A stretch of DNA of 62,915 nt, the filler included, from Atractiella rhizophila (Eukaryota), in assembly GCA_021432655.1 (NCBI GenBank). It is 3 parts of 3 records of this genome, joined end to end, with 100 filler letters (N's around TTAATTAATTAA, not from the genome) between each part and the next. Parts side by side here need not be neighbours in the genome. Positions count along the whole stretch, not along the records: positions 18,904 to 48,366 come from MU271319.1; positions 48,467 to 62,915 come from MU271322.1; 1 more part is not named here. One strand, 5' to 3'. Position 1 is the stretch's first letter; each line of letters opens with the position of its first letter. The notes below the pieces were generated by a model. It was not told the origin of the DNA. It ran no database searches and saw nothing but the letters and a program-made list of their open reading frames with translations. Positions 39,527 to 51,194 of the stretch are shown piece after piece. The translations under genes were made by a program, and so were the position numbers.

Positions 39527-42500
39527 GTTCCCCTGTCCTCTCCCAACCTCTTGCAGTGATGAATATGCGAGGTTTACAGTCCGAGAAGTGGGCCACTGTC
39601 CAACAGTGGTTCTCTTCTTCCTTTTGTCGCATTCTAGCTGTCACTGAAGACTGGTTCATTCAGTCCCGCACAGCCTATAGTTCTTCTCCTTATTTTTTAA
39701 TAGGCTCAAAGAGACCGGAGGCTCAGGAAAGGAGGGATGTCGGCCATGAGAATGGAGGAGTGATGCTCTTTATCGACCATTTCCCTCAAGTCCGGAGTTG
39801 AAGGTGTCGCATCTGGAGTGAATTGGGTCTGGTTGAAGCTCTCTGGGAAGAGTCTCGCATTCGTGTATCTTCCTCCGTCTTTCTCGAATGCTCGCTGTCG
39901 GCAACTCCTCTCTGAACTCCCCCCAGTCGATCTGGTCGCCGGCGACTTTAATATTCGATTCAACTTAACTGTGTCCCCCTCTGATAGGGTTTCCTGCATC
40001 GTCACTTGGATGGCAATGCGTCAGCTGTTTGTCTCTTCTCCTCAGTCTACTCATCCCGCTCTCCTTAATCCCCTCGATCACATCTTCACTTCGCCTTCAA
40101 CTCCTGTCCACTCACTTTCACTCATTCATCAGTCCTCCTTATCTATCTCCTCCGACCATCCTCTCCTCCTCTGCCAACTCTCTCTCCCTCTTCTCCCTCG
40201 CCTTGTAGATCCTGGCCTCTCCCGTCCTTGCATCTCCAACATGGACATTCCTTTCGCTACCGAGGTGCTCCTCTACGCGTACTCCGAGCTGTCCTCTGAT
40301 GTGGAAACTCTCTTGAAACTGAGCTGGAATCTCGCAAGAGAGGCAGCTGGTCTAGGGGAGGTGGAGAAGCTGCAAAGTATAGTGGACAATGCTGATTTGG
40401 CAGTCTACAATGCTGTTGATGTGGTAGCGCGGTCAGTGTTGGGCGAGTATAATGCCTCTGCAGTTCGGCTGGACCCCGACTTTGTGCTCGACGAGATCTC
40501 TCGTTCTCGCTCACCTCTTGCTGCCGTCCGCCTCTTCAAGAAATCTCGTCGCAGTGGCCCTCGTCTCCTCGTTCCATCCGCTGCTGGGGCTCAGATTGGA
40601 CTCACTGCCAGATGAAGCTGTGCAGCTTTGGAGCAGCATCTACGAAAGTAACCTCCCCCCTCCCCAGCGGCCTCAGTTCGAGGGTCCTGTCTTCGATGAG
40701 CACGGCTGGGGGCTTTCTCACCTCTTCTCCTCATCAGCTGTGCGGAGCGCTCTTGCTCGCTATCCAAAAGGCAAATCCCCTGGCATTGATGGCGTCCATG
40801 CTCGCCTTCTCGCGGCTCTCTCGTGTTTCTCCTCAGATGAAGAGAAGGAAAAGGCTCCATCTGGCTTCTACGTCCTTGCTGATCATCTCTCGTCACTGTT
40901 CCGCCTTGTTGCTGCTACTCGTCGGACTCCTTCTCGCTGGGGAGAACAAGTGATGCCCTTTATTCCTAAGGGTAAAGATCGCCCACCCACTGCTGAGGAC
41001 AGCCGTCCCCTCTCCCTCTTTGTCATGTTTCGCCGCCTGTGGGAGATACTCTTCCTTCCTGCCCTCACCAGCGAGGATCCCTCCAGTTGGAGCTTCACCC
41101 ATATGGCTCAGGCCGGCTTTAAACGCGGATTTTCTTGCTTATCAAACTTGCTAATAGTTGATTCTGCTGTACGGTCTCACCAGCGCCCTATTGCGATCTT
41201 CCTGGACTTCGAACGTGCCTTTCCGTCAGTTCGACACGACATTGCCGACGCCAACTTCAAGTCTCGAGGTGCTCCACCAGCTATACGCGAGCTCGTCTGG
41301 CAACTTTGCACTCATAATGCTATGGCAACAATCGTAGTCAACGGCGAGCGCCAACTTCCCATTGCCATTCATCGCGGCTACCCACAGGGTGGTCCGATCA
41401 TTCCCATGCTCTTTGATCTCTTCATTGACCCACTTGTCTGCCTCCTTAACCCGCTCCTCCCTCGCTCACTTGCCTCTCCTCTCCTCGCCTCCCAGCCATC
41501 ACCCTCAAGCTCCCAGTCGCCCTCTCCTCTCCCGCCAAATGCCTCTTCCCTTGTCTCTGCTCCCTCCTTTGCAGATGACATTGCCTGCATCCCCAAAACT
41601 GTCGATGAAGGCCAGCATCAGCTCGATACAGTTAGCAGGTGGTCTCATCAGAACGGGATGAAGCTCAATATCCCAAAATGTAAAGCTGTTGCCCCCTTCC
41701 CTGTTACTCTTTGTATCAACGGCACTCCAATTCAGCAGGTCAGCAGCGCAAAGTATCTCGGCATGTCTCGGGGTCCTGACGGGATTGACTTCGAGGCCTG
41801 GCTTTTGGAGAAGTCGGACAAGCAAGACCGCTTCCTGAGGAGCCTCCAGGTGGTTGGGAATGGTTGGAACGAACTAGTCCGCTTGGCCAATTACCGCACC
41901 TTCGTTCGTCCCATTTCAGACTATGGGGGCGGACTCTTTCACTACTGGATTGTTTGCGACGAGCGTCGACGCTCCTCCTCTCCCGGAATGCTGGCGGCCT
42001 CCCAGCACTTCAAACTTGCAGTCTCCTGGATAGCTGGGGTATCCACTGACCGCTGGAAACTCGCATCCTCCGCCACAGGCCTACTTCCCCCTCGCGAGCG
42101 CTTCCGCCAGCTTGGTGCTGGTCTCACAGCTCACCTCCGCTCCCTTTCCCGCTTCAACCCAGCCCTCCCCCTCGTTGTGTCCCCCTGGCCAACCGCTCCC
42201 ACTAGCTCAGACATCGTGCCACAAATCCAGACTTGCGAACTGTTTGCTCGCTTTCTCAATGCTCAGGCCAACGAGGAGGTCAACGGTTACATTCTCACAC
42301 TTCAGGCATTCCTTCGTCACGAACGGCTTCGCCTCCTGAGCTCATCTGAGCTTGTTGGCACGCTAGGTTCCCTCATCTCGCCTCTCCAGCGGACGGCTTC
42401 TCTCGTGGACAGGATTCTCCTTATTCCTGATGATGCCTTGCGGAGGCTCGTCATCAAGTGGAGGATGGGACGTTTCGGATTCAACCGCCCTTGCTCTTGT

Positions 42501-42725
42501 GGTCTCCCTTTTTCTCGTGGTCATATTAGCTGTTTGATTTCATCCTTAGGTTTCTTTTCTTCTGCTAATTCTCCCTTCACGGATCTCTCTTTCTTTTCCA
42601 AAGTGCCTCTTCCCTCTATTCCCAACTCCACTCTCTTAGATGCTATCATTGGTCATAGAAATAGTGCTTTCTCTTCCGTAGCCTATCAGACACTTCTTGT
42701 TTGGTCTGATTTCTTACACAGATAA
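39523..42725 (+). CDS. LINE ORF2 endonuclease-reverse transcriptase (frameshifts near 39790 and 40600)
   Basis: APE motifs NMRGL, VTEDW, GGV, YLPP, GDFN, LDHI, SDH. RT motifs KSPGIDG, RPLSL, QAGF, FLDFERAF, GYPQG, FADD, KYLG. Confidence 0.9.
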
Positions 42726-43335
42726 TTTGTAGTCACAGTCGTACTCATCTCCTGCCAATCCATTCTTAAACCCCCCGGGAGCCTAGGAGGTTCCCGCGGG
42801 TTCTCGCCCCGTGATCTTGTTGTAGAAATCAATTCATTCATTCGCAATCCCATCTAAGCGCCAGTAAGCCATAGACAAAAGAGCAGATAAAAGAGCGTCA
42901 ACATCACAATGTACGCCTGCAGAGAGCATCCCATTTCACCTTCTCCAACTTGCACAATCCCCCGCCTTGAATTTTTACTTGTATCCTTGCAAGCTTGGTC
43001 AACTCTCAAGTGTTTCGAGAATGTCGGATAGTCAGAGTTTATCGAAGAACAGCCAACTTGAAAGGTCAGTCATTTATTCATCAGCCTCGTTAGGAATGGA
43101 TATTGACCAAGTCGTCTTAGATTCGAAGTGGAGGACAGGCTGTGTTCTGGGCCAAAGGTTCTCGTTTCGAGTATTTCTCGAAGTAAGAATTCCTTATAAC
43201 AGCTGAATGTTGGAGCTGACTGTCTTTGGTTGTCGTAGAGGAGGGCGCCTTGCCGAATTGGTTCGAATACCCTTTACTCATGCGTAATATCTTTTGTTGA
43301 ACGATTTTATCGACAGGCCCAACAATCCTCCAACC

Positions 43336-44003
43336 ATGGAAGGAGATGAAGCTGCGAATAATCACTCTTTACATATCATAGTGACCTTCCAGCATCATCT
43401 AGTATGATTCGTGCTGAGGTATATCCAGGGCAAATATCTCGAGCTGGAGCCACAATCGATTTCCACGCCAAGTAGCGCACTTCAGACTGCTGTTGAAGGC
43501 AGAGCTCATGTGAAACCTTCAGAGAACCTCCCTGTCCTCGCTGCAGCAATTGGGTTAGTTCTCACTTTGGTCATGACGCAAGATGCGCGAAGGCTCTTCT
43601 GGTTTTGGATCGCCTCCTTGCTCCTCACCACCTGTGTCGCATGCGTTGACATTACCTCACGTTATCATGCCTGTACGACCCATTCTTTGCTTTCTTACGC
43701 ACAAGATATTAGGCTAACTCTTTACTGATAGCCGTACATCAATGCCATTCTCCAGCTGGAGAATCTGGAGACGGATTCGTCCCCTGGCTTTTATTTTGGA
43801 ACACCCAGAATTTCGTCGCTTTTTTCCACGCCGCGGACGACGTTGAAGAGTACAAACCAGTGTTGTGCTTCTTGTCAGTGCTAACCGGCACATGGTTCAT
43901 AGCGGAAATCGTGATTATTGTTCGTCAGAGCAGAAAAGGACAGATTAGATGTCAGGATCGGGGATGCTTGGGATGTGATGAAGGTGCTAAGGAGGACGAT
44001 TGA
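43336..44003 (+). CDS. Small multi-TM membrane protein, copy B
   Basis: LAAAIGLVLTLVMTQDARRLFWF, DGFVPWLLFW, WFIAEIVIIVRQ. Confidence 0.5.
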
Positions 44004-44189
44004 CGCGAGGACTCTCCGTCTTTAATAAATAACGTGATGACATTACGCTATGTGGTACGCAGGGTGTTTGATAGGGTTATTTCGCTCCTGAGCACAAGTC
44101 GTTCTTTGATTTTACCTTGGACTTGTTTGCATGTATTTGTAATGAGTCGAAATGAGTGCAGACAAAGATGTCTACGGGCAGACAAATGC

Positions 44190-44575
44190 CTCTACCAGGA
44201 TGGTCAGAGAGGAAGGAGATCTTAGATCTCAATCAACATCAATGTTCACAGGCATGGAAAGGGTTGTTCAGCTTGAACGTGCAAGATTGGATAACAGCTC
44301 TGAAACAATCGTATGTAGGCCACCTTGAGAGGTCAAACTGAGTAAGATAAGAGCAACATATTCACCCTCGGTGACGTGACGAGTGGTGGCCAAGCCACTA
44401 AGCTTTGACCGAGCCGGTTCTTGTAGAATCCTCAAAGCCTTTGCAACCATCCTCCCTTGACTTCCCTGTGAAGAGGAAAGCTTATACGTTGTAAACGCTC
44501 CATCAATGATGCCCCAAACTCCGACCTTCTTGGTATTGTGCTTCTCAACTTCCTCGATCGTGAAATCTTTGCCAT
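44190..44575 (-). pseudogene. Second relic of the cytochrome b5-acyl-CoA dehydrogenase gene
   Basis: [26 protein letters not shown] matches the intact N-terminus and then degenerates. The lower boundary is approximate. Confidence 0.75.
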
Positions 44576-45450
44576 TTCTCAACTCTCCCTAGGTGGTTGT
44601 GATTCTGTGTGGAGTTCGCGGAGTAGTGATGGGTTAGTAGTAGATGTTAGAATCTGAGGACGCGGAGGAAGCAACAAAATATTCAGGGGCGGGAAACTTT
44701 ATGACGATGTGTTGAGAGGTGAGTTGCAATAGGTTCAGTTGCGGAACCGTAATGGCGATTCATTGCTAGGCCCCTAGGGGTGAGGCATAAGCGAGCTCGT
44801 AGTAATTATACCGTACTGCCAATTCTTTCATTTGCCAAACATGATGCATGATGATCGACGTTTTTTTCCCGACCCTTGACTGCTATTTTTCTGAGCAGCT
44901 ACCCATAGATAAAAGGGCATCTGCGTTGCAATGTTTTTTACGACGGTATCCACTTGTGTCTGCCCGCAGATAGCCAGATAGCATCCCAGCCCCATTTCAC
45001 CACTGACAACTCGACCTGTGACCACAACTTCCAATTCGCCCAACCATTGTCCGGCTTGAATCTTAGTCTTTGCCTATGCAAGCTTGGATATCAGCTCCAT
45101 AAGTCGTGTCACTGTCTGTCCCTCAATGGATCCGAGAATTTCGGGGGTTCAAGCCAATTTATCGAAGAACAACCAAAGGTCGCTCGTTTATTCTATTGGC
45201 CTCGTGAGGAATGGATATTGAGAGGACTTCGTCTTAGAAATGAAGTGGATGGCAGGTCGCTTTCTACACCAAAGGTTCTCGTTTCGACTGTTTCTCTAGG
45301 TAAGCACTCCCCTACACTTGAGTCTTGGAACTGACCATCTCTGGTCGTTGTAGACGCTGACACCTCGTCTCATTGGTTTCATGTCCCCTTACTTATCAGT
45401 AATATCTTATGATTAATAATCGTATCGTTAGCTCCGTCAGTCCTCCAATC

Positions 45451-46043
45451 ATGGAAGGGACTCAAGCTGCCAAAAACGACAACTGCTCCCCAGACATCAG
45501 AGTGAGTTTCCGTGTCTGCTAAGATTCGAGCTGATGTATTCGTAGGACATACACCTTGAGTGGAAGCCACGTTCGCCGTCCATACCAAACAACGTGCTTC
45601 AGGCTCAGAGCGCTGCTTGTGTGAAACCTGTCCAGTGGCGAACAATCTTTGCGGCGGCAATTGGATTGGTTCTCGCTTTGGTCGCGACACAAGATGCACG
45701 AAGGTTCTTCTGGTTTTGGATCACCTCCTTGTTACTCACCACCTGCGTCGCGTGTGTTGACATTACTTCACGTTATCGCGCCTGTTTGTCCCCTTCTTTG
45801 CATTCTGGACACTCAAGATTGGCTGACGCCATCCTTACTAATAGCTGTCGATCCATCCGCTCCTCCAGAACCCCGCGACGGATTCGTCCCCTGGCTTTTA
45901 TTCTGGAGCTTTCAGAACCTTGTCGGTTTTTTCACACCACCGACGACTTTGAAGAATACAAACTGGTCTTGTACTTCTTGCCCGTGATTACTAGCACATG
46001 GTTCATTGCGGAAATCGTAATAATTGTTCGTCAGAGCAGATGA
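45451..46043 (+). CDS. Small multi-TM membrane protein, copy C (possible frameshift near 45930)
   Basis: FAAAIGLVLALVATQDARRFFWF, DGFVPWLLFW, WFIAEIVIIVRQSR*. Confidence 0.5.
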
Positions 46044-46839
46044 GGTCAGATGCTTGATGTGTGATGAGGGTTAAAAGGAGTATGTGGTTCAGTAGCAGCA
46101 GGTTGTTGTCATTGGTTCTCGTTCTTGAGTCCTGATCATTCTTTCATCTGATTTCATCTCAGAGTTGTATTTGTACTGAGAGGCAATCGGTGCAGAAATA
46201 GTTCTTTTTACAAGCGACCATTGACAAGAATGTTCCTCCCCTACGACGTGAGCGAAAGGTTTGAAACTAACCAGTTCGCATAGACGCTTGAATGTTCGCA
46301 ATCGTCCTCCATTTCCTTTCACAGTACAGTGAAATACCTTCATCATGATTACACTCAAACTTTGTCATATTTGTTCTGGTAGCGAATAAAGAGAAATTTT
46401 ATCCAGTTTGGCCTCAAAATAAAGGCTTTGATGGAAGGTTTGTACAAGTCGATGCAGTTTGTAGCTATGTCACCGGTGTTAGGAAGGACGATAAATCCTG
46501 GTTGCAGAATCATTCATTGATGCATGCTTGGTTGCTCTTAGTTATCACCCTTTGCTATGTTGTTCCTTTGTAGAACGGAGCTACTGTAAGGAGACTTTTG
46601 CGGAGAATTATGGGATGTTGGAGGTGATCATCGAACAATGGAGACTAAACACGGAAGCACATGGAGGCTAGATAGATTAAGATGGGTAGGCACCGACCTT
46701 TAGTGTAAGTGTGACGATTGAAGCCCTTAACAGGTAACAAGTAGATAGCCGCCGGAGCATAGAGGAATAACTGTTCGGGCGTGAAGAAGGGGAGTTCAAA
46801 TTCTCACTCTATCCCATACCAATCCAGTCAGCACCAACT

Positions 46840-47417
46840 CAGCCGTCGAGGTATAGTCCGACGAAAAGTACTGACTGCGATCGTATCAGCCCAATCAGGA
46901 GGATCCACCGTTCCAGCTGCGTCGGCGAGTAGAAACTGGCGCCATGTCGACGCGAGAAGGGGAGAACGGCTTTCGCTTTAGGGATCCACTTGGTTGCGTT
47001 CGTCGCGGATAGCTTCCAGTTCGTGACCACGACGACGTTGAATCTAGCATCAGAATTCCCGAACAAAGTGCGTGTCAGACTTCGTTCTTGCAATTATAAA
47101 CAGAAATGGGACGCACCCCTCTGCGTGGAGTTTCCATAACTGGTCTGTTACACAAGGATCCTAAAACATCCAGCCCAATCATACTGAGCGAAGCTGCCCT
47201 AGATTGAGTGTCCCATCGAGGTCGAGCGCCGCAATCTTTACTTCCTCCATTCCCCAAACTCACATCCCCCGTCTCCCGTCGAAGAAGCAGGAGAAGAAGA
47301 AACAGGAGAAGAACCTCCCAAGGTCGCGCGCGGAAAACGGTATGCCCACCACAAACAAGTAGTATTGTGAGACGGACGTTGTATGATCGGCGGTGGAAGA
47401 CCCTTTTTCTTGGGCAT
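46840..47417 (-). pseudogene. Degenerate polynucleotide kinase 3'-phosphatase-like (HAD) relic
   Basis: KIAALDLDGTL (HAD motif I) near 47206-47238, then YDW, KLHAEG and VVVVTN (motif II) in shifting frames. Confidence 0.5.
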
Positions 47418-48013
47418 TGGGAGGGGAGGAAGAAAGGATGGTTGTCTTTTCCCCTCCCTCCGTTGTAGTTGTTGGCGAGTGAAGAGGGAAAGTGTGATCC
47501 AGGTCCTCGTTCCCTCCCCATTCCATGGGAGAGTTGGGAGGGAAACCACGGCCGCCCGCGGGAGGGTTAGAAAGTGGGGGCGGTTGGTGAGAGCTCGGAA
47601 GTGCCAGTCGTGGAGGCTACTAGTGATTCGAAAGCTGACGCTTCGCTAGAATTAGAGGTACGGGAGAATTTGGGGGAATGTGTCCTTATGTCGCTCTACT
47701 CTCAAATATCCATGAGTCCAGTTCTGTTCTAATCGGAGCGCGAATTCGGAATCTTACGAAATAAAAGAGAGAGAAGACGGACTGCATACCCGTTCCTCCT
47801 CCCGTAATCTGACCTTTAACTTTACTCTACCGATCCCCCTGCCTCGCCCCCTCCCCTCCCCAATCCTGACTCTTGAGGTCTCTCCCGCGCATTCTGCGAC
47901 TCACTGGATCAGCCTCGATCTTCTTCTGCTGCCTATTGCGCGGTGGCAGGCCTCCGAGTTTGGGCACAGGGGGGACGAGAAGATCGGTGGAGGCAGAGGC
48001 TAGCGCCGGAGCA

Positions 48014-48366
48014 TAGGGCTGTCCACCGTACCGAACCGGTGCCGTAAGGGGTCCTTACGGTCGGTGCGGTTAGGGAATCGTAACCGCACCGTAACGTTAC
48101 CGAACTGAACAACTCAAGACGGTCGGTTGGGCATTCGGTACGGTTTAATGAGCCGTATTACGACGTACCACGGTGCAAGATAAGGGGGAATAGACAAAAT
48201 CTCGTTGCAAATACCATGTCGTTCCCGTCAGGCTTCCCGTACTATATCACTTCTGCACTGGTAGTGAGGCCTCCAATTGTGCAATTGCGGCTCGCAATGC
48301 CCGTGCTTCCTGATCTCTCTCCAACTTCAAATGTGCTTTCAGCACCATCAAAACCCGTATAGTTTC
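48014..48366. mobile_element. Terminus of a related hAT element, cut by the linker
   Basis: Begins TAGGGCTGTCCACCGT and is followed by many CCGTA/TACGG subterminal motifs. Confidence 0.65.
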
Positions 48367-48466
48367 NNNNNNNNNNNNNNNNNNNNNNNNNNNNNNNNNN
48401 NNNNNNNNNNTTAATTAATTAANNNNNNNNNNNNNNNNNNNNNNNNNNNNNNNNNNNNNNNNNNNN
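48367..48466. other. Artificial contig linker
   Basis: N44-TTAATTAATTAA-N44. Confidence 0.95.
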
Positions 48467-48955
48467 GCCTGCTCCAGGACATACTCCACAGCCAGGGGAT
48501 ACTTTTTTTCAGCTCGAGTTTTGGAGCAAGAACATTACCATCCGCTGAGGAACAGCAGGCTGTGTTTAGATATCGCAGCTTTACTTCACAAAAGTGGTAC
48601 ACAGACTCTGACTCTGTGAGTGCTTTCGATTGCGTGAAAGAAATAGGGGACACGTTGCTTGCTCCAAGTCGTGCGAAGCAATCGCACAAGTCAGCGTTGA
48701 TTTGAGCCACCGTTTCCGCCGGCTGCGTATATCCAGAGTATATCTTCCGCTCGAGCTTCCTCTTTCTCCTCTTTCGCACACGCATGCGCAGAGCATTCAT
48801 GCAGACACTGACAGAACTTTGACAGGGCGAATAACCAAACTGCCATTCTTCAATACCGCTTACATCCAACAACGGGTAACCGCGATCATCTGCCTTCCCT
48901 CGCTCAAGCCACCGAAGCCCTTCTCCTACCTCATCCAACCTACGTCTAGGAGACG

Positions 48956-50426
48956 ATGTTCCGTTCCACCTCCATCCGTCGGAGCGCCACACCCACTGGG
49001 CACTCTCGTTCCGGGAGCAACGCAGGAGGTACAGGAACCGGCGCGACTTCGTCATCTGGGGTGGGAGTGACGATCGATCATCCCGGGCTGGTCAACATGG
49101 GCAACACCTGTTTCCTCAACTCCGTCCTCCAATCTTTGTCGACCTCTCAACCCCTCATCAAAGCCCTCCAACACCCTCCTCCTTCTTCACCTTTCCTTAA
49201 TGGCGTCAGTCCTCCGGAGGGAGAGGAGGTCCAGTTAGGCATTGGGAGGGAGTTTAGGAGGGTCATGGCCTTGTTGGCGGACATGGAACCGCCGAATGTG
49301 GCCGTAGAAGAGAAAGAGAAGGAGAAGGTGCATGGCAAAGATAAAGACAAAGAGAACGAGTTAGAACAGAAACACGATCCCGACCCGACTCCGCTGGCTC
49401 GCGTCGCTCCCCTGACCGTACCAGACACTCCACAATCCATCGCTCAGTCGCTAAAGATCACCACGGATCCTATTCCCGAAGAGTCTCCAAGCATTCAATC
49501 TACGAATTCAGATACGATCGAAGGCGTCAAATCCAGAATCCTCTCTCCCGCTCCTTCCAGCGCTCTCATACAATCCCCGGATGGGCCGTTCAGTCCAGAA
49601 GGGAAAGAGGAGAGTGGGAGGTGGATCACGTTTGAGAGCATCGATGAACCTTTGCCACCTGTCGAGACGAAGGTGAAGCGGTTGTCGGAGGAGTTTAAGG
49701 AGCTGGAGAAGGCGAAGGAGGAGCAGAAATTGAAGGAGAAGGAGAAGGAAGATAAGAAGAAGGCGCTCCTCGATGCGCTCGATCCCTATTCCCCACCTCC
49801 TTCCGCCTCCTCCCATCTTTCACCTCCTCCATCCACCTCCCAGTTACCGTCCAGACAGCCGTCGCCGAGACCAGACAAGGAAAAGAAGAACGTGTTCACA
49901 CCGAAAGCTCTATTGAAACAGATCGCTAGGGTCAGGGAAGAGTTTGGAGACTATGAACAGCAGGATGCGCATGAGCTCTTGATGGTCTTACTTGGAGGGA
50001 TGGAGACGGAAGAGGGTGAAGTGAGTGTTTCATTTGGGAGATTTGGTTGTCGAATGGAAGCAGGAAGAAAGCCTCAGCCTTCACTTCGTCCGTGGAATTG
50101 TGCTAGAGTGGAAACTGATCTTTTTCTTCCTTTAGCTCATCCGTAAAATCTCGCCGTCCCCTGCTCGTCCTCCCAAACAACGTCGAGCACCAAACGTCCG
50201 TCGAGGTACCTTGAAACCGAACGGAGCGAAAGTCGGCAACCTGTCCGATTCTTCGTGTTCGACTTGCTCTTCGTCCAGCGAACGGAGTGGGGAAATGGAT
50301 AGATGGCATCATCTAGAACAGATACTTGCCCTGTCCTTAGTCACCTATTTTCAATGTTGTGTCAGATGTAGACGCATACGAACTGCACCTTCCTTGTCTG
50401 TCCTGCAATTTGGCTGGAGAAGATAG
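48956..50426 (+). pseudogene. Ubiquitin-specific protease (peptidase C19), N-terminal half only
   Basis: Cys box GLVNMGNTCFLNSVLQSL and EQQDAHELL. Intron at ~50021-50135. No His box was found downstream. Confidence 0.7.
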
Positions 50427-51194
50427 TCCCGATCATTGCATGGGCATCGCCGTGATCAGACTGTAATCGAATCAACACCAGAGCAAAGGAGAGCAAAGTA
50501 TGTAACATTGAAACGAAGCAAGGTTAAGCAGCACATCTGGAATGTCATTCCGAATTGATGAATGACATGCTGATGTGTTCCAATTTCGCGAAAAGACGAA
50601 GAAAGCAACATCGATGCCCTTCTGTGGGAGCTACTTAGGAGAGCAGTTATTGAACAAGCTGAACTTTGTGATCGGTACCTTCAAAGCTGTGTACTTTACC
50701 TGCTAACGAACACTCGTTTGTATGGGGCCAGATGGGAAACACTCAGACGGACCAATCACTGTAAACTAGCATGTTTTGCGGCGCGTTGCGTTACATACCG
50801 AGTAAACGCTCAGTGACATCTCCATGAAGTGATGCCATTGAAGCCAGTATTGGAGCATCGAACCTTATAGCAATAATGTTGAGGAAGGCATGAGGAACGG
50901 TTTAGCGTGCCATCGTGTTTTTACGCTGTCACTACCCTTCTTTCAACTTCCATGACGTACGGTCAGTGTTGCTTTGAGCTGAGTTGTTCTACGCTTGTGA
51001 CCACTTCCTCCTCAAAGCTTTCCTGCGACTGTTGGAATCAGGCTTTTTCTCTTGTGGAATGACTGAGGCATTGCTTTCAACATAGCTGCCCATGTTACGA
51101 TTGAGCTTTGCATGCTGCATTGGCACCGTTGCAATGCAAAAGTGGATATTGTATTGACCTTTATCTTTGTTAGAACGGAAAAACGTGTACGCTC

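Larger units (their letters stand above)
38365..42843 (+). mobile_element. Non-LTR retrotransposon (LINE, APE + RT), apparently full length
   Basis: 5' tandem repeats, ORF1, ORF2 with endonuclease and RT motifs, and a 3' (ATTC)n tail. Boundaries are approximate. Confidence 0.9.
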
